Assembly (NCBI GenBank): GCA_963705165.1
Contig: CAVPJD010000011.1
Location: forward strand, 64,001-128,000
Source of the DNA: an uncultured delta proteobacterium
GTDB taxonomy: Bacteria > Desulfobacterota > Syntrophia > Syntrophales > UBA2192
Reading direction: 5' to 3'
Length of the DNA stretch: 64,000 nt
The stretch's first letter is position 1; every line of letters starts with the position of its first letter. A program made the position numbers and the translations under genes. Below are positions 20,407 through 30,220 of the stretch, piece after piece. The notes beneath the pieces were generated by a model. The model saw nothing but the letters and a program-made list of their open reading frames with translations, was not told where the DNA came from and did not search any database.

Positions 20407-20922
20407 ATGGCCAATAAAGACATCACGCAAATTGTCGTCAATCGCAACAAGATCGGCATCGTAGGGCTCATGGATGACGTGGAATCGATGGTGCCGCAAT
20501 TCTCAGGCAGGAGCGATGACGAGATCCAGGCCGAACTTCTACGCCGCCTTTCGGAGGCCAATTACGTCCCGCGAAAGCTTACGGAGGATTATGGACGCGC
20601 CTTGCTGCGGGAATACAAGAAAGTTCCGGGAATGCCCGTCGAAGAGTCGGAAGAGTCCTCAAGGGGGTTGGAGATCAGGATCCTGGGGCCCGGATGCGCC
20701 CACTGCGATATGATGATGAATGAGGTCATGAGCGTCCTCTCCGAGACGGGCCTGGCGGCAAACGTCGAGCACGTCACCGACGTCCGCGAGATCGTCCGAT
20801 ACGGGGTTATGGGATCGTCTGCCCTCGTGATCAGCGGCAGGGTCGTTTCGGTCGGCCAGGTTCCCGAACGTGGAAAGATCAAAAAGTGGATTGCGGAAGT
20901 CGACACAAACGGAAAAAAATGA
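20407..20922 (+). CDS. Two-domain thioredoxin family protein (N-terminal helical domain + Thioredoxin_3)
   Basis: IGIVGL...NYVP N-domain; ILGPGCAHC C-domain. Confidence 0.85.
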   Translation: MANKDITQIVVNRNKIGIVGLMDDVESMVPQFSGRSDDEIQAELLRRLSEANYVPRKLTEDYGRALLREYKKVPGMPVEESEESSRGLEIRILGPGCAHCDMMMNEVMSVLSETGLAANVEHVTDVREIVRYGVMGSSALVISGRVVSVGQVPERGKIKKWIAEVDTNGKK

Positions 20923-21051
20923 CATGAAGGCACATCTGTTGCACCATAATCGGGTTTGCCGGGCTGTATTGTGGAGTTGAGAATCAGGATGAAAGAAGCC
21001 AACCGGCATGTGAGTTAAAGAAATTCTCAGATGTTATCAAGGAGTGAAAAC

Positions 21052-21447
21052 ATGAGGAAGAAGGTCACCGTTGTAACAATTATTTTAACCATCCTGATTT
21101 CCGTGGCGATCGATTACCTCACGCCGGCCTGCGCGAAGGATTTCAGCGCCGGCATGAAAATCCCCGTCAAGGGCATGGTCACGATACTCGACATCGGCGC
21201 CGCCAGCTGCATTCCCTGCAAGATGATGGCACCCATCCTGGAGAAGCTCGAGAAGAAATACGACGGCAAGGCAGCCGTCATATTTCTCGACGTCCGCTAT
21301 CACCGGGAAACGGCCATCAGTTTCGGCATTAATGGCATCCCGACGCAGATCTTCTATGACAAAAAAGGAAATGAAGTGCACCGGCACCTTGGCTATATGA
21401 GCGAGGACGCCATCGTGGCCCAGTTCAAGAAAATGGGCGTTGAATAA
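21052..21447 (+). CDS. Exported thioredoxin family protein
   Basis: Signal or TM segment, CIPC, GIPTQIF. Confidence 0.88.
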   Translation: MRKKVTVVTIILTILISVAIDYLTPACAKDFSAGMKIPVKGMVTILDIGAASCIPCKMMAPILEKLEKKYDGKAAVIFLDVRYHRETAISFGINGIPTQIFYDKKGNEVHRHLGYMSEDAIVAQFKKMGVE

Positions 21448-21482
21448 TCAGATGGACATTAAAAGACGAATGGGAGCAGCAT

Positions 21483-22187
21483 TTGGAAACGTTTTTCATC
21501 ACCATCAATGACTGGATGACCGGGACCATGGCCTTTGCCGTCCTGGGAAGCTTTTTGTGGGGTATGGTGAGCGTGCTCTTCAGCCCCTGCCACTTGGCCT
21601 CGATCCCGCTTATGGTGGCCTACGTGGCCGGACAGGAGAAGGCCGTCAATCCCAGGCAGGCAGTCGTCTATTCGGCCGCCTTCTCCATCGGGCTCTTCAT
21701 CACCATCGCCGCCATCGGTATTGCCTGCGCGCTTCTGGGCCGGATGCTGGGCGACGTTGGCAATTACTGGCAGATCCTGGTGGGGGCGATCCTGCTCTGG
21801 GTGGCTTTGGGGATGCTGGGCGTCGAGTCGTGCAGCTTCTCGGGCTCGATCCTGGCGCGTTTCACCATGAAGGGAATCCTCGGGGCCTTTGTCCTCGGCC
21901 TGGCCTACGGGTTTCTCTCGGGGTCCTGCACCTTCGGGTTCATCGCACCCATCCTGGCCATCGTCACGATCCAGGGGGAGGTCGCCGCGGGCATGGTCAT
22001 GATTGTGCTTTTCGCCATCGGCCACTGCCTGCCGATCATGGTGGCGGGAAGCTCCACGGCGCTGGTGCGAAAACTCCTCGAAAGCCACGCCTGGCAGGGC
22101 GCGGGAAGCTGGTTCCGAAGAGGCGCCGGCGTCGTCATCGGGTTCCTGGGCCTCTATTTCATCGCGAATCCATTTATCACGGGATAA
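21483..22187 (+). CDS. ccdA: CcdA/DsbD transmembrane electron transporter
   Basis: LFSPCHL ... SGSCTFG, about 6 TM segments; TTG start. Confidence 0.85.
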   Translation: METFFITINDWMTGTMAFAVLGSFLWGMVSVLFSPCHLASIPLMVAYVAGQEKAVNPRQAVVYSAAFSIGLFITIAAIGIACALLGRMLGDVGNYWQILVGAILLWVALGMLGVESCSFSGSILARFTMKGILGAFVLGLAYGFLSGSCTFGFIAPILAIVTIQGEVAAGMVMIVLFAIGHCLPIMVAGSSTALVRKLLESHAWQGAGSWFRRGAGVVIGFLGLYFIANPFITG

Positions 22188-22221
22188 TCAAGCGAAAAAT
22201 AACCATCCACAGGAGGTCATC

Positions 22222-22467
22222 GTGAAAAAAACCATACAGATCCTTGGGCCGGGCTGCCCGAAGTGCAAGATACTGGCAGCGCAGGCCGAAATAGCGGCAA
22301 AAGAACTCGGGCTGGACTTCGAGATCGTGAAGGTGACGGACATCAAGGAGATCATGAAGTACGGGGTTCTGACGACGCCGGGCCTTGCCGTGGACGGCAA
22401 GGTGAAAGCCGTTGGCAAGATCTTGGATGCCAAGCAGATCAAGGACATCCTCCAGAAGGAAAATTGA
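22222..22467 (+). CDS. Small redox-active disulfide protein (MTH895/ArsE-like)
   Basis: RBS AGGAGG, GTG start; ILGPGCPKC...YGVLTTPGLAVDG. Confidence 0.9.
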   Translation: MKKTIQILGPGCPKCKILAAQAEIAAKELGLDFEIVKVTDIKEIMKYGVLTTPGLAVDGKVKAVGKILDAKQIKDILQKEN

Positions 22468-22521
22468 ATAGGGTCCCGTTCCCGCGGGACACCCCCGAAA
22501 ACCGCAGAAAGGTACCCTCCC

Positions 22522-23553
22522 ATGAACGTACTTACCTGGTTGAAACGCAACCGTACCACGCTGACGATCCTCCTGGCCGCCACAGGCATCGCCATCATGC
22601 TTCTCTACACGTACTGCGACACGGCCTGCTCCTACCTGAGGGGCGACATCCTGGGGATCGACCTCAAAGTCATCGGCATCGTGTACATGCTGCTGATCAT
22701 CGGGCTGACCATCGGAGGCGAGATGGGCGGGACGAGGATGCTGCTGGCCTCGGGACTCGGCGTGGAGGCTCATCTCTTCTACTTCCAGCACAAGGAAGAG
22801 GTGTACTGCCCCTTCTGCCTGGCCTTTGCGGTCACGCTGATTTCCGCCTTCGCGTTGAATCACGAAAAGCCCGCGGTCGCTCACAAGGGCCTCAGGGGTC
22901 GCGTGATCGGCATCCTGGGCGAGGCGGAGATCCCCTTCTTCACAAAGGTAAGGGTCCCTCTTCTGCTCATGACCATTCTGGGTTATCTGTTCATCACGCT
23001 CACCTTTTCGGGCTCCGTCACACCCGCCTACGGGGCGGACAAATCCCCCGTCCCGTCCTTCGGCAAGGGGCCCTGCCAGGTGATCGTCTTCACCGACTAT
23101 TTCTGCCCCCCCTGCCAGGGTCTGGAGCCGAACCTGGAGCCCATGCTCGAGAAGATTCATGCCAAGGGGCGCGCCGAGATCATCTTCGTCGACATGCCCA
23201 TCTACAAGGAGACGCCCCTTTATGCCCGATACTATCTCTACGCGGCCAACGCCAAAGGCGGTTTCAAGGACGTCATGGACGCCCGGCGGGCCCTGTTCTC
23301 GATTGCCCGCGGCAAGACCGTGAAGGACGAGGAGAGCCTGGCAAAGGCCCTGAAGGAGAAGGGTATCCCCTTCAAACCTTACGACCCAAAGCCCGTATTC
23401 AACGCCTGGAACGACATGATCCGCCAGCACAAGGTGCAGGGGACGCCCAGTTGCGTGATCAACGACTGCCGAGCGGGGATCAGCAACCACACGGGCGGGG
23501 ACGACATTATGCAGGCCCTGTCGCGGTTCATGATGAGGCCGAAGTCCTCCTGA
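22522..23553 (+). CDS. VKOR-like membrane domain fused to a DsbA-like thioredoxin domain
   Basis: CDTAC loop, TM YCPFC, then DYFCPPC and GTP cis-Pro motif. Confidence 0.75.
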   Translation: MNVLTWLKRNRTTLTILLAATGIAIMLLYTYCDTACSYLRGDILGIDLKVIGIVYMLLIIGLTIGGEMGGTRMLLASGLGVEAHLFYFQHKEEVYCPFCLAFAVTLISAFALNHEKPAVAHKGLRGRVIGILGEAEIPFFTKVRVPLLLMTILGYLFITLTFSGSVTPAYGADKSPVPSFGKGPCQVIVFTDYFCPPCQGLEPNLEPMLEKIHAKGRAEIIFVDMPIYKETPLYARYYLYAANAKGGFKDVMDARRALFSIARGKTVKDEESLAKALKEKGIPFKPYDPKPVFNAWNDMIRQHKVQGTPSCVINDCRAGISNHTGGDDIMQALSRFMMRPKSS

Positions 23554-23567
23554 GAAAAGGTATTCTC

Positions 23568-23608
23568 GTTTCCCCTCCCTTGACGGGAGGGGATGAAGGG
23601 GAGGGTGA
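23568..23608. repeat. REP-like palindromic unit
   Basis: CCCCTCCC TTGAC GGGAGGGG...GGGGAGGGTGA; similar unit at about 37609-37646. Confidence 0.55.
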
Positions 23609-23667
23609 ATGATTGCGCCGGCGTCTGATAGGAAAAGAATGACCGAACCTGGAAGGAGGGTTTGACG

Positions 23668-24446
23668 ATGGCATACAAATCGATGGGGTTTATCGGTGGG
23701 GGACGGATCACGCGTATTTTTCTCGAAGCGCTGAACCGGAAGAAGATGCTCCCCGCAACGGTCGTCGTCAGCGACGCAAGCGGCGAGGTCCTGCAGAAGC
23801 TCAAGGAGAAATTCCTGAAAATTCAGACCGCTCAGGGCGACAACGCAAAAGCGGCGGGCCAGGACCTGGTCTTCCTCGCGCTTCATCCCCCGGCCATCGG
23901 GGGCGGACTCGCGGAGATCAAGGCAACGCTCAAGCCCGGGGCTGTTCTCGTCTCCCTGGCGCCCCGGTTCACGATCAAAGCGCTCTCGGAGGGACTCGGG
24001 AAGTTCGACCGGGTCGTGCGGATGATCCCGAATGCCCCGTCCATCGTGGGCGAGGGCTACAACCCCGTCGCCTTCGGCCCGGGAATTACAAAGAAGGAAA
24101 AAGAGGACCTCTCGAGGCTATTCAAGAAGCTGGGCGACTGCCCCGAGGTGGACGAGGAAAAACTCGAGGCTTATGCTATCATCACGGCGATGGGCCCCAC
24201 CTACCTGTGGTTCCAGCTCTTCGAGCTCTTCGACCTGGGCAAGTCCTTCGGCCTGACGGACAAGCAGGCCTGGAAGGGAATCAAGAAGATGCTCAAAGGC
24301 GCCCTCGAGACCGTCGACGAGTCGGGGCTGACCCCGAAGAGATCATGGACCTCATCCCCGTCAAGCCCTTGGGGGAGGACGAAGCAGCCATCCGCAACGC
24401 CTACCGGACAAAGCTCACCGGTCTCTACCAGAAACTCAAGGGCTGA
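23668..24446 (+). pseudogene. Pyrroline-5-carboxylate-reductase-like NAD(P)-binding oxidoreductase with a 1-nt frameshift near 24332-24336
   Basis: GFIGGGRI, RMIPN; the natural C-terminus PEEIMDLIPVKPL...LYQKLKG is in another frame. Confidence 0.75.
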
Positions 24447-24491
24447 ACAGGATGGCGCTCCGGCCATTCATATAACAGAAGGTGTTCCGCC

Positions 24492-24923
24492 ATGGAAAAG
24501 AAGAAAGTGCTTTTCGTATGCATCCATAACAGCGCACGCAGCCAGATGGCCGAGGCATGGATGAACCAAATCTGCGGCGATCGCTTCAAGGCCGAAAGCG
24601 CGGGCCTCGAGCCGGGGACCCTGAATCCACTTGCCGTGGCCGTCATGAAGGAAGTCGGGATCGACATTTCCGGGAAAGCGACGCGGAGCGTGTTCGACGT
24701 CCTGAAAGCGGGTACCCTTTTTTCTTATGTCATCACCGTCTGCGACGAGTCGGCGGCCGAGGCCTGTCCCATCTTCCCGGGGCCGGCAAAGCACGTGCAC
24801 CTGGGCTTCACGGACCCCTCGAGGGTCGAGGGCACCGAGGAGGAAAAGCTCGCGCGGGTCCGGGTGATCAGGGACGCCATCCGCCAGGCCGTCGAGGAGT
24901 TCTGCCGGCAGGAGCGTCCGTAG
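24492..24923 (+). CDS. arsC: Arsenate reductase, thioredoxin-coupled LMW-PTPase type
   Basis: [29 protein letters not shown]. Confidence 0.93.
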   Translation: MEKKKVLFVCIHNSARSQMAEAWMNQICGDRFKAESAGLEPGTLNPLAVAVMKEVGIDISGKATRSVFDVLKAGTLFSYVITVCDESAAEACPIFPGPAKHVHLGFTDPSRVEGTEEEKLARVRVIRDAIRQAVEEFCRQERP

Positions 24924-24958
24924 GGTGCGCAGAAAAAAGATCTGATGGGAGAACACGA

Positions 24959-25478
24959 ATGGCCAGCGACATCGTGCAGGTTTCAATGGGTGATCGGTCC
25001 ATCGGGATCGTCGGTCTGAAGAAGGTGATGACCGATCTGGCCGTGACGGCTTCCGGCAAAACGGACGGAGAATGCCGGGAGATCCTCTATCGGGGCATTG
25101 CGGATCAGAACTACATCCCGCTGAAAATGGTGGAGGAGATACAAGGATGCCCTTCTGCTGGCGTTCAAGGTCTTTACCGGCCAGGCGGCGGAACCGGCAC
25201 CTGCCGGAGGCGTACGCATCCAGGTCCTGGGCCCGGGCTGCTTCAATTGCGACAGGATGACGCAGATCGTCCGCGAGGTGCTGGCCGAATTGAAGATCCC
25301 CGGAGATCTCTCCCATGTGACGGACCCCGTCGAAATCGCAAAATTCGGGGTTCTGGGCGTCCCGGCCCTCGTGATCAACGGACGAATCGTCTGCGTGGGG
25401 ACCGTCCCGGACCGCAACCGGGTCAGGCAGTGGTTGCTAGACATGAAGGCCTCGGGGGAGTGCAAGGCGGAGGCATGA
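24959..25478 (+). pseudogene. Two-domain thioredoxin family protein (paralog of 20407-20922) with a 1-nt frameshift near 25135
   Basis: MASDIVQV...IGIVGL...NYIP in one frame; YKDALL...VLGPGCFNC...GVPALVING in another; 172 aa if corrected. Confidence 0.75.
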
Positions 25479-25553
25479 CGGGATAAGGGCGAAACGGGAT
25501 TCCCTGGCGAAGCGGACGTGAATGAACGCAACGAGCCGGAAGGAGGCAGGATC

Positions 25554-26291
25554 ATGAACGCGCTGGTCATCATGGCAATCGGGCTATTCATCCTTTCCGT
25601 GGTCTCGGGAATGCTCGGCCTCGGCGTGGCCTTCTCCGCCGTCCCGTTCCTGGGGCTCTTTCTCCCGGATCTGGTTCACCAGGTGCAGCCCCTGAGCCTG
25701 CTGCTCAACGGGATCACGGCCCTCTTTGCCGTCTTCGGGTTCGCCCGGAGCGGACTGGTGGACTGGAAAAAGGCCATCACGCTTGCCGTGATCACGACCC
25801 TGACGGCGCCTGCGGGCGCTTACCTGGTCCAGTTTGTCGACCAGGTCTACGTCTGGTTTGCCTACCTGGCCTCGGTCCTCTACCTTTCCTACAGGCTGTT
25901 CCGGCCTGTGCACGAGCGGCCGGGGCAGGAGAACATCCGCCTCGCCTTCATTCTGGCCGTACCCATTTCCGTCCTGAGCGGGTTTCTGGGCATCGGTCCG
26001 GGCTTTCTCCTGATGCCGACCCTGATCATCGTAGGGTTCAACACCAAGATGGCCGCCGGAATCAACGCCTTCGCCGTCTGCCCGCCCTCCTTTTCGTCGC
26101 TCATCCCCCACATCGGGACGGCTCAATGGGATTTCAATCTGACCGTCACGCTGCTGATCGTCGGTGCTGCAGGCTCCTTTATCGGCGCAAGGCTCACGAG
26201 CCTCTACGTCCCGAGCGGGCGCCTGAAACAGATCTTCGGCGTCCTCATCGTGGTCATGACGGCCTACAAGATTTACACCCTGTTCCGTTGA
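25554..26291 (+). CDS. TauE/SafE (TSUP) family exporter
   Basis: SGMLGLG and SGFLGIGPG repeats, about 8 TM segments. Confidence 0.88.
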   Translation: MNALVIMAIGLFILSVVSGMLGLGVAFSAVPFLGLFLPDLVHQVQPLSLLLNGITALFAVFGFARSGLVDWKKAITLAVITTLTAPAGAYLVQFVDQVYVWFAYLASVLYLSYRLFRPVHERPGQENIRLAFILAVPISVLSGFLGIGPGFLLMPTLIIVGFNTKMAAGINAFAVCPPSFSSLIPHIGTAQWDFNLTVTLLIVGAAGSFIGARLTSLYVPSGRLKQIFGVLIVVMTAYKIYTLFR

Positions 26292-26379
26292 AATCAGCCT
26301 CGGGACGATAGGGCAGCCGATTTCGGCTCTGAAAAACGCTCGTTTCATTCTGCAGCCTTTGAGCCGATGGTGTACTGCT

Positions 26380-27075
26380 ATGAGATCAAGAGCCATATCC
26401 AGGATAAACGCATTAAAAGTATTCGATGACGCTACGCGCAAATCCTATTACGGCTGTGATCAGGAGTGGTACGCTACAGAATGGCAGCGCCTTTCAGGAT
26501 GCGGGCCAACGGCTGTGTGCAATATCATCTGGTACTTGAGTCATATCCATCCAGATTTGGAACTGAACCTGAATTGCGTCAGCAAGGAAGCGTCCCTCTC
26601 CTTTTTAGAAGAACTCTGGGGCTTTGTCACGCCGACCGCCAACGGGATACCGACGACAAAGATGCTTTGCGAATCGGTCATGGGCTACACACAAGCAAAA
26701 AGGCTGGGCCTCAACTGCAGGGCGCTCGACATCCCTGAAGAGAAATCACGCCGTCCGCCGTTCATGGATATGGTTCGTTTCCTGGAAGATGGTCTGGGAC
26801 AAGACTCTCCCATTGCCTTTCTCAATTTGTGCAACGGCGGTGAAGTGAATCTGGAGCCATGGCATTGGGTTACAATAATCGCTTTGAACTGCATGGACGA
26901 TGGCACGCGGGCCACTATCGATATCCTCGATGAAGGTCGGGTCCAGAGAATTGATTTAAGGCTATGGTATGACTCAACGGTTCTCGGCGGGGGGTTCATA
27001 TTTTTTCATGCTGCTGGAAATGACACGGAAATATCCGGGAATTCCGGGCTGGGGGCACATCGGACATCGGGATAG
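26380..27075 (+). CDS. Hypothetical protein with a papain-like/C39-like Cys-His signature
   Basis: Q....SGCGPTA, HWVTI, ILD.G; lower GC than neighbours. Confidence 0.6.
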   Translation: MRSRAISRINALKVFDDATRKSYYGCDQEWYATEWQRLSGCGPTAVCNIIWYLSHIHPDLELNLNCVSKEASLSFLEELWGFVTPTANGIPTTKMLCESVMGYTQAKRLGLNCRALDIPEEKSRRPPFMDMVRFLEDGLGQDSPIAFLNLCNGGEVNLEPWHWVTIIALNCMDDGTRATIDILDEGRVQRIDLRLWYDSTVLGGGFIFFHAAGNDTEISGNSGLGAHRTSG

Positions 27076-27270
27076 GCATGCAGGGGGACAATCGAACGCG
27101 GGAATGAGCGATCAATGGGTGTCAAGGGCGCGAAGGGGCAGTTTCCAGGATGCGAGCCGACGCCGGTCCCTCTTGCTTCCTGTAACCTGCAGTTTCCGAC
27201 GGTTGGCTTCTGCAGTTGCCTTCCCGATCAATGCTCCTTCTGATAACAGAAACTTTCATCGAGGTGCTGC

Positions 27271-28017
27271 ATGAAGATACGGATACTATGGATGCTGTTG
27301 CTTCTGATTTTGCCCGCAGTCCCCGCCGCGGCTGCGGACGATGTCTCGGGGATCTGCCTTCCGGCAACGGACGTCTCCGCCGAGTGGTATTTCCCGGAAT
27401 GGCTGGGAACGAGCCCCCATGCCCCCGTCTTCCAGGTGAGAGACACGGTGAACAAATACGGGCGTTATGCCCCGATGACAAAGACCGTCACGATCAAGGA
27501 CCTCATCAAGTATCACGGCCATTTCTGCGGAGGGCTCGTGGAAAGCGCCGCGGCCCTCAGGGTCGCCTTCGACAGGCTCTTCGCGGGCGGCATCGTCGAC
27601 CGCACGGACCTGCGCATCGTCTCCAACAACTCGGCCTGCGGCGGCGACGTGGCGGCCTACCTCACGGGGGCAAGGCTCCGCTTCGGCACCCATCACATCG
27701 ACAATGCGCTCACGGAGAGTGAGTTCTTCGTGCAGCAGGTCTCGACGGGCAGGACGATCCACGTCAAGCTCAACCCTGCCGTCTACCCGACGGAGGTCAA
27801 GACGCAGATGAGGAAAATCGAGTCGGGAACCTTCACCCCCGCCGACATCGATCGCTTCCAGGAGCTGCAGTGGGCCTACGCAAAGCGGATGGTCAACAGG
27901 CCGCTGGCGGAGTCCTTCCTCGTGAAGGAAATTTCCGGCTTCGCCTGGCCGGCGCCCGTTTGCAAGGACCTCGGCAAGAGAAGAGACAACGATTACAAAA
28001 ACGTGCCGCTGAAGTGA
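27271..28017 (+). CDS. Exported FmdE-family (FwdE-like) protein
   Basis: Signal peptide; YHGHFCGG, SACGGD motifs. Confidence 0.75.
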   Translation: MKIRILWMLLLLILPAVPAAAADDVSGICLPATDVSAEWYFPEWLGTSPHAPVFQVRDTVNKYGRYAPMTKTVTIKDLIKYHGHFCGGLVESAAALRVAFDRLFAGGIVDRTDLRIVSNNSACGGDVAAYLTGARLRFGTHHIDNALTESEFFVQQVSTGRTIHVKLNPAVYPTEVKTQMRKIESGTFTPADIDRFQELQWAYAKRMVNRPLAESFLVKEISGFAWPAPVCKDLGKRRDNDYKNVPLK

Positions 28018-28085
28018 TCGAATCGGCCGGGACCTTCAATGCCGGGCAGAGCCATCGAAACGGAGCGGAGGAAAGGAGACACGTC

Positions 28086-28352
28086 ATGAAGGAAAAAATC
28101 GTCATCTACGGCACCAACTGGTGACCGCACTGCACAAAGGCCAGGATGGCCTATGGGGACAGGGCGGCCTACATCGATGTCGATGCCGACATCAAGGATC
28201 TGCAGAAAATGCTCGACCACTCGGGCGGGAAAATGGCCGTCCCCGTCGTCGTCGAGGGGGACAGGGTCACTGTCGGCTTCGGAGCGGAATCCGGCTTCGG
28301 CTTCACCTGAGCGGTCCAGTGGCCCCTCGTGGACGGGCTGAAGAAGCGTTGA
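28086..28352 (+). CDS. Glutaredoxin-like selenoprotein (UXX-star-like) with UPHC and a second C-terminal UGA
   Basis: RBS AAGGAG; MKEKIVIYGTNW-U-PHC...AVPVVVEGDRVTVGFG...T-U-AV...; UGA at 28122-28124 and 28308-28310; SECIS-like AGGCCA-GGA-TGGCCT at 28138-28152. Confidence 0.85.
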
Positions 28353-28387
28353 GTTCGAGCAATTGAATGCAGAATTCGCTGTCTGTT

Positions 28388-28983
28388 TCAGATCACAGTC
28401 ATGAATTCCCGACCCACTTTCCTGTTTTCAAAGTATGTCTTAAGGTTCTCGGGCAAGTCTTCGAGTGGAGCGGTGCGACCGGCGGCTCTTGATCGATGTT
28501 GAGCATGGCGCCCATAACGACTTCCAGAAGCATGGGCAGCGGTGCGGAAGAGTAGACATTTCCCCTGTAGTGCCACTCGCGGCAATCGACTGCGGTATTG
28601 TTCTCGGTGAGGTCTCCGCAGGACTCGCACACCGACTCCCGGATGTCCTGGGCGATGTCCCGCCCGTTGATGCGGATCGTCGGGGAACTGAGAAGTGCGT
28701 GTTGTTTCGCCTCGTCTTCCGATTGCACGACGATTGCCCGGTACTTCAGTTCGATCCCCATTGCCTCCGCCACCGGGGTGAGAAGCCGCAGGGCATTCTC
28801 CAATTGATCCCCCGTCGGAACACACCGGGCACATACCGTCAAATCGATAACGACGAGTTCAATGTTCAGAACCCTGATTTCCTCGTTCCAGCCTGCATCA
28901 GCGGGGACCGCACAGACGTTTCCGGACTGTAATGTGGGCAGGTAAATCCTGCCTCCAGCTTTTTTATTCTGACTCTTATCCAT
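28388..28983 (-). pseudogene. DUF2703 domain Cys-rich protein with a 1-nt frameshift near 28471
   Basis: CARC..T, SSPTIRING, CESC, CREW; the natural-looking tail LPENLKTYF is in another frame. Confidence 0.7.
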
Positions 28984-29063
28984 ATCCGCCTCATCATTTA
29001 TATGTAGTCGTTAAACCGGCTCGATCCTCATTCGGCATATTCGAAATCCGCAACTTACCGTGC

Positions 29064-30194
29064 TCAGTAGACCATAAGATCCACAAGATATCCCGCCGCG
29101 ATGGCAACCAGAAAAACGTTCATCACGAAAGCGACGATCAGTTTTTTTTTGAACATGGACCCGAGAATAATCATCTCCGGGATGCTGGCCCCGGCACCGC
29201 CGATGATGAGTGCCAGAACCGTCCCAACCCCCATCCCCTTTCCGACCAGGGCGGCACTGATGGGGATCACCGTTTCGGCCCGGATGTACATGGGCACGCC
29301 AACAGCCGCCGCGATCGGGATGGACCAGGGGTTGCCCGGCCCGGCGAGAGTCACGACGAGGTCCTGCGGGAAAAAGCCGTAGATGAAGGCGCCGATGGCT
29401 GCACCGAGCAGAAGATACCAGAACACCCCCTTGAACGTCTCGACGGCGAACGACGATGCCCTCTTCATCTTTTCCTGAAAGGGTTCCCGCACCGAGTCGG
29501 ACACCGCGACGGGCGCTTCGAAGTTGGTCGTGCAACATATTGCTTGAGCCGGCTTCTGCGCAGCCGTCTCTTCTTCCCGGCCTCGGTTGGCTGCCGAAGA
29601 TTGCAGGGCGGTTAAGGTAATAAGGGGTGAGGTCTGAATGCTCCCGGGAGAGCAGCAACCGGCTGCAGCGGACTGGTTTCTCGGGGAAAGGGAAACAAGA
29701 TCCGGCTTGCTGGTTTCCGCGCAACAGGCTGCCTGAACATTCATCAGGGGTTTGACCTGCCCTTCCATGCCGAGTTTCGACAGCAGGAATGCCGCCGCCA
29801 TGGAACCGAGAAAGGTGACGGCGACATAAACCACTGTTACTTTGTAGCCCAGAAGCGAGAGCAACAACGCGATAATCACCGGGTTGAGAACGGGCGAAGA
29901 AAAAAGAAATGCCATCGTTGGACCGAAAGGCACGCCGCCCCGGAGCAGACCGGACGTTATCGGTACGGTGGAGCAGGAACAGAACGGCGTTATGGCGCCG
30001 AGTCCCGCACCCAGGAGGTATTGCACCCAGGTGAACCGGCCGGACAGAAAGTCCCTGATACGCGACGGGGGGAGATATTCCGTCAGCAGCCCGATGAGAA
30101 AAGAAACGGCAACGAAGATGAGGATCAGTTCACCGGCAATCTCCAGGAAAAACTCACCGGCAGTGACGAAATTATTGAATTCGAACATCTGCAA
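29064..30194 (-). CDS. ArsP/DUF318 family permease with a Cys-pair-rich cytoplasmic insert
   Basis: TPFCSCSTVP, SSPVLNP, GVPMY, GAGASIPE; insert with three CC pairs. Confidence 0.88.
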   Translation of the reverse strand: MQMFEFNNFVTAGEFFLEIAGELILIFVAVSFLIGLLTEYLPPSRIRDFLSGRFTWVQYLLGAGLGAITPFCSCSTVPITSGLLRGGVPFGPTMAFLFSSPVLNPVIIALLLSLLGYKVTVVYVAVTFLGSMAAAFLLSKLGMEGQVKPLMNVQAACCAETSKPDLVSLSPRNQSAAAGCCSPGSIQTSPLITLTALQSSAANRGREEETAAQKPAQAICCTTNFEAPVAVSDSVREPFQEKMKRASSFAVETFKGVFWYLLLGAAIGAFIYGFFPQDLVVTLAGPGNPWSIPIAAAVGVPMYIRAETVIPISAALVGKGMGVGTVLALIIGGAGASIPEMIILGSMFKKKLIVAFVMNVFLVAIAAGYLVDLMVY

Positions 30195-30220
30195 TTCTCC
30201 TATCCGCCTGATTTAGAACT

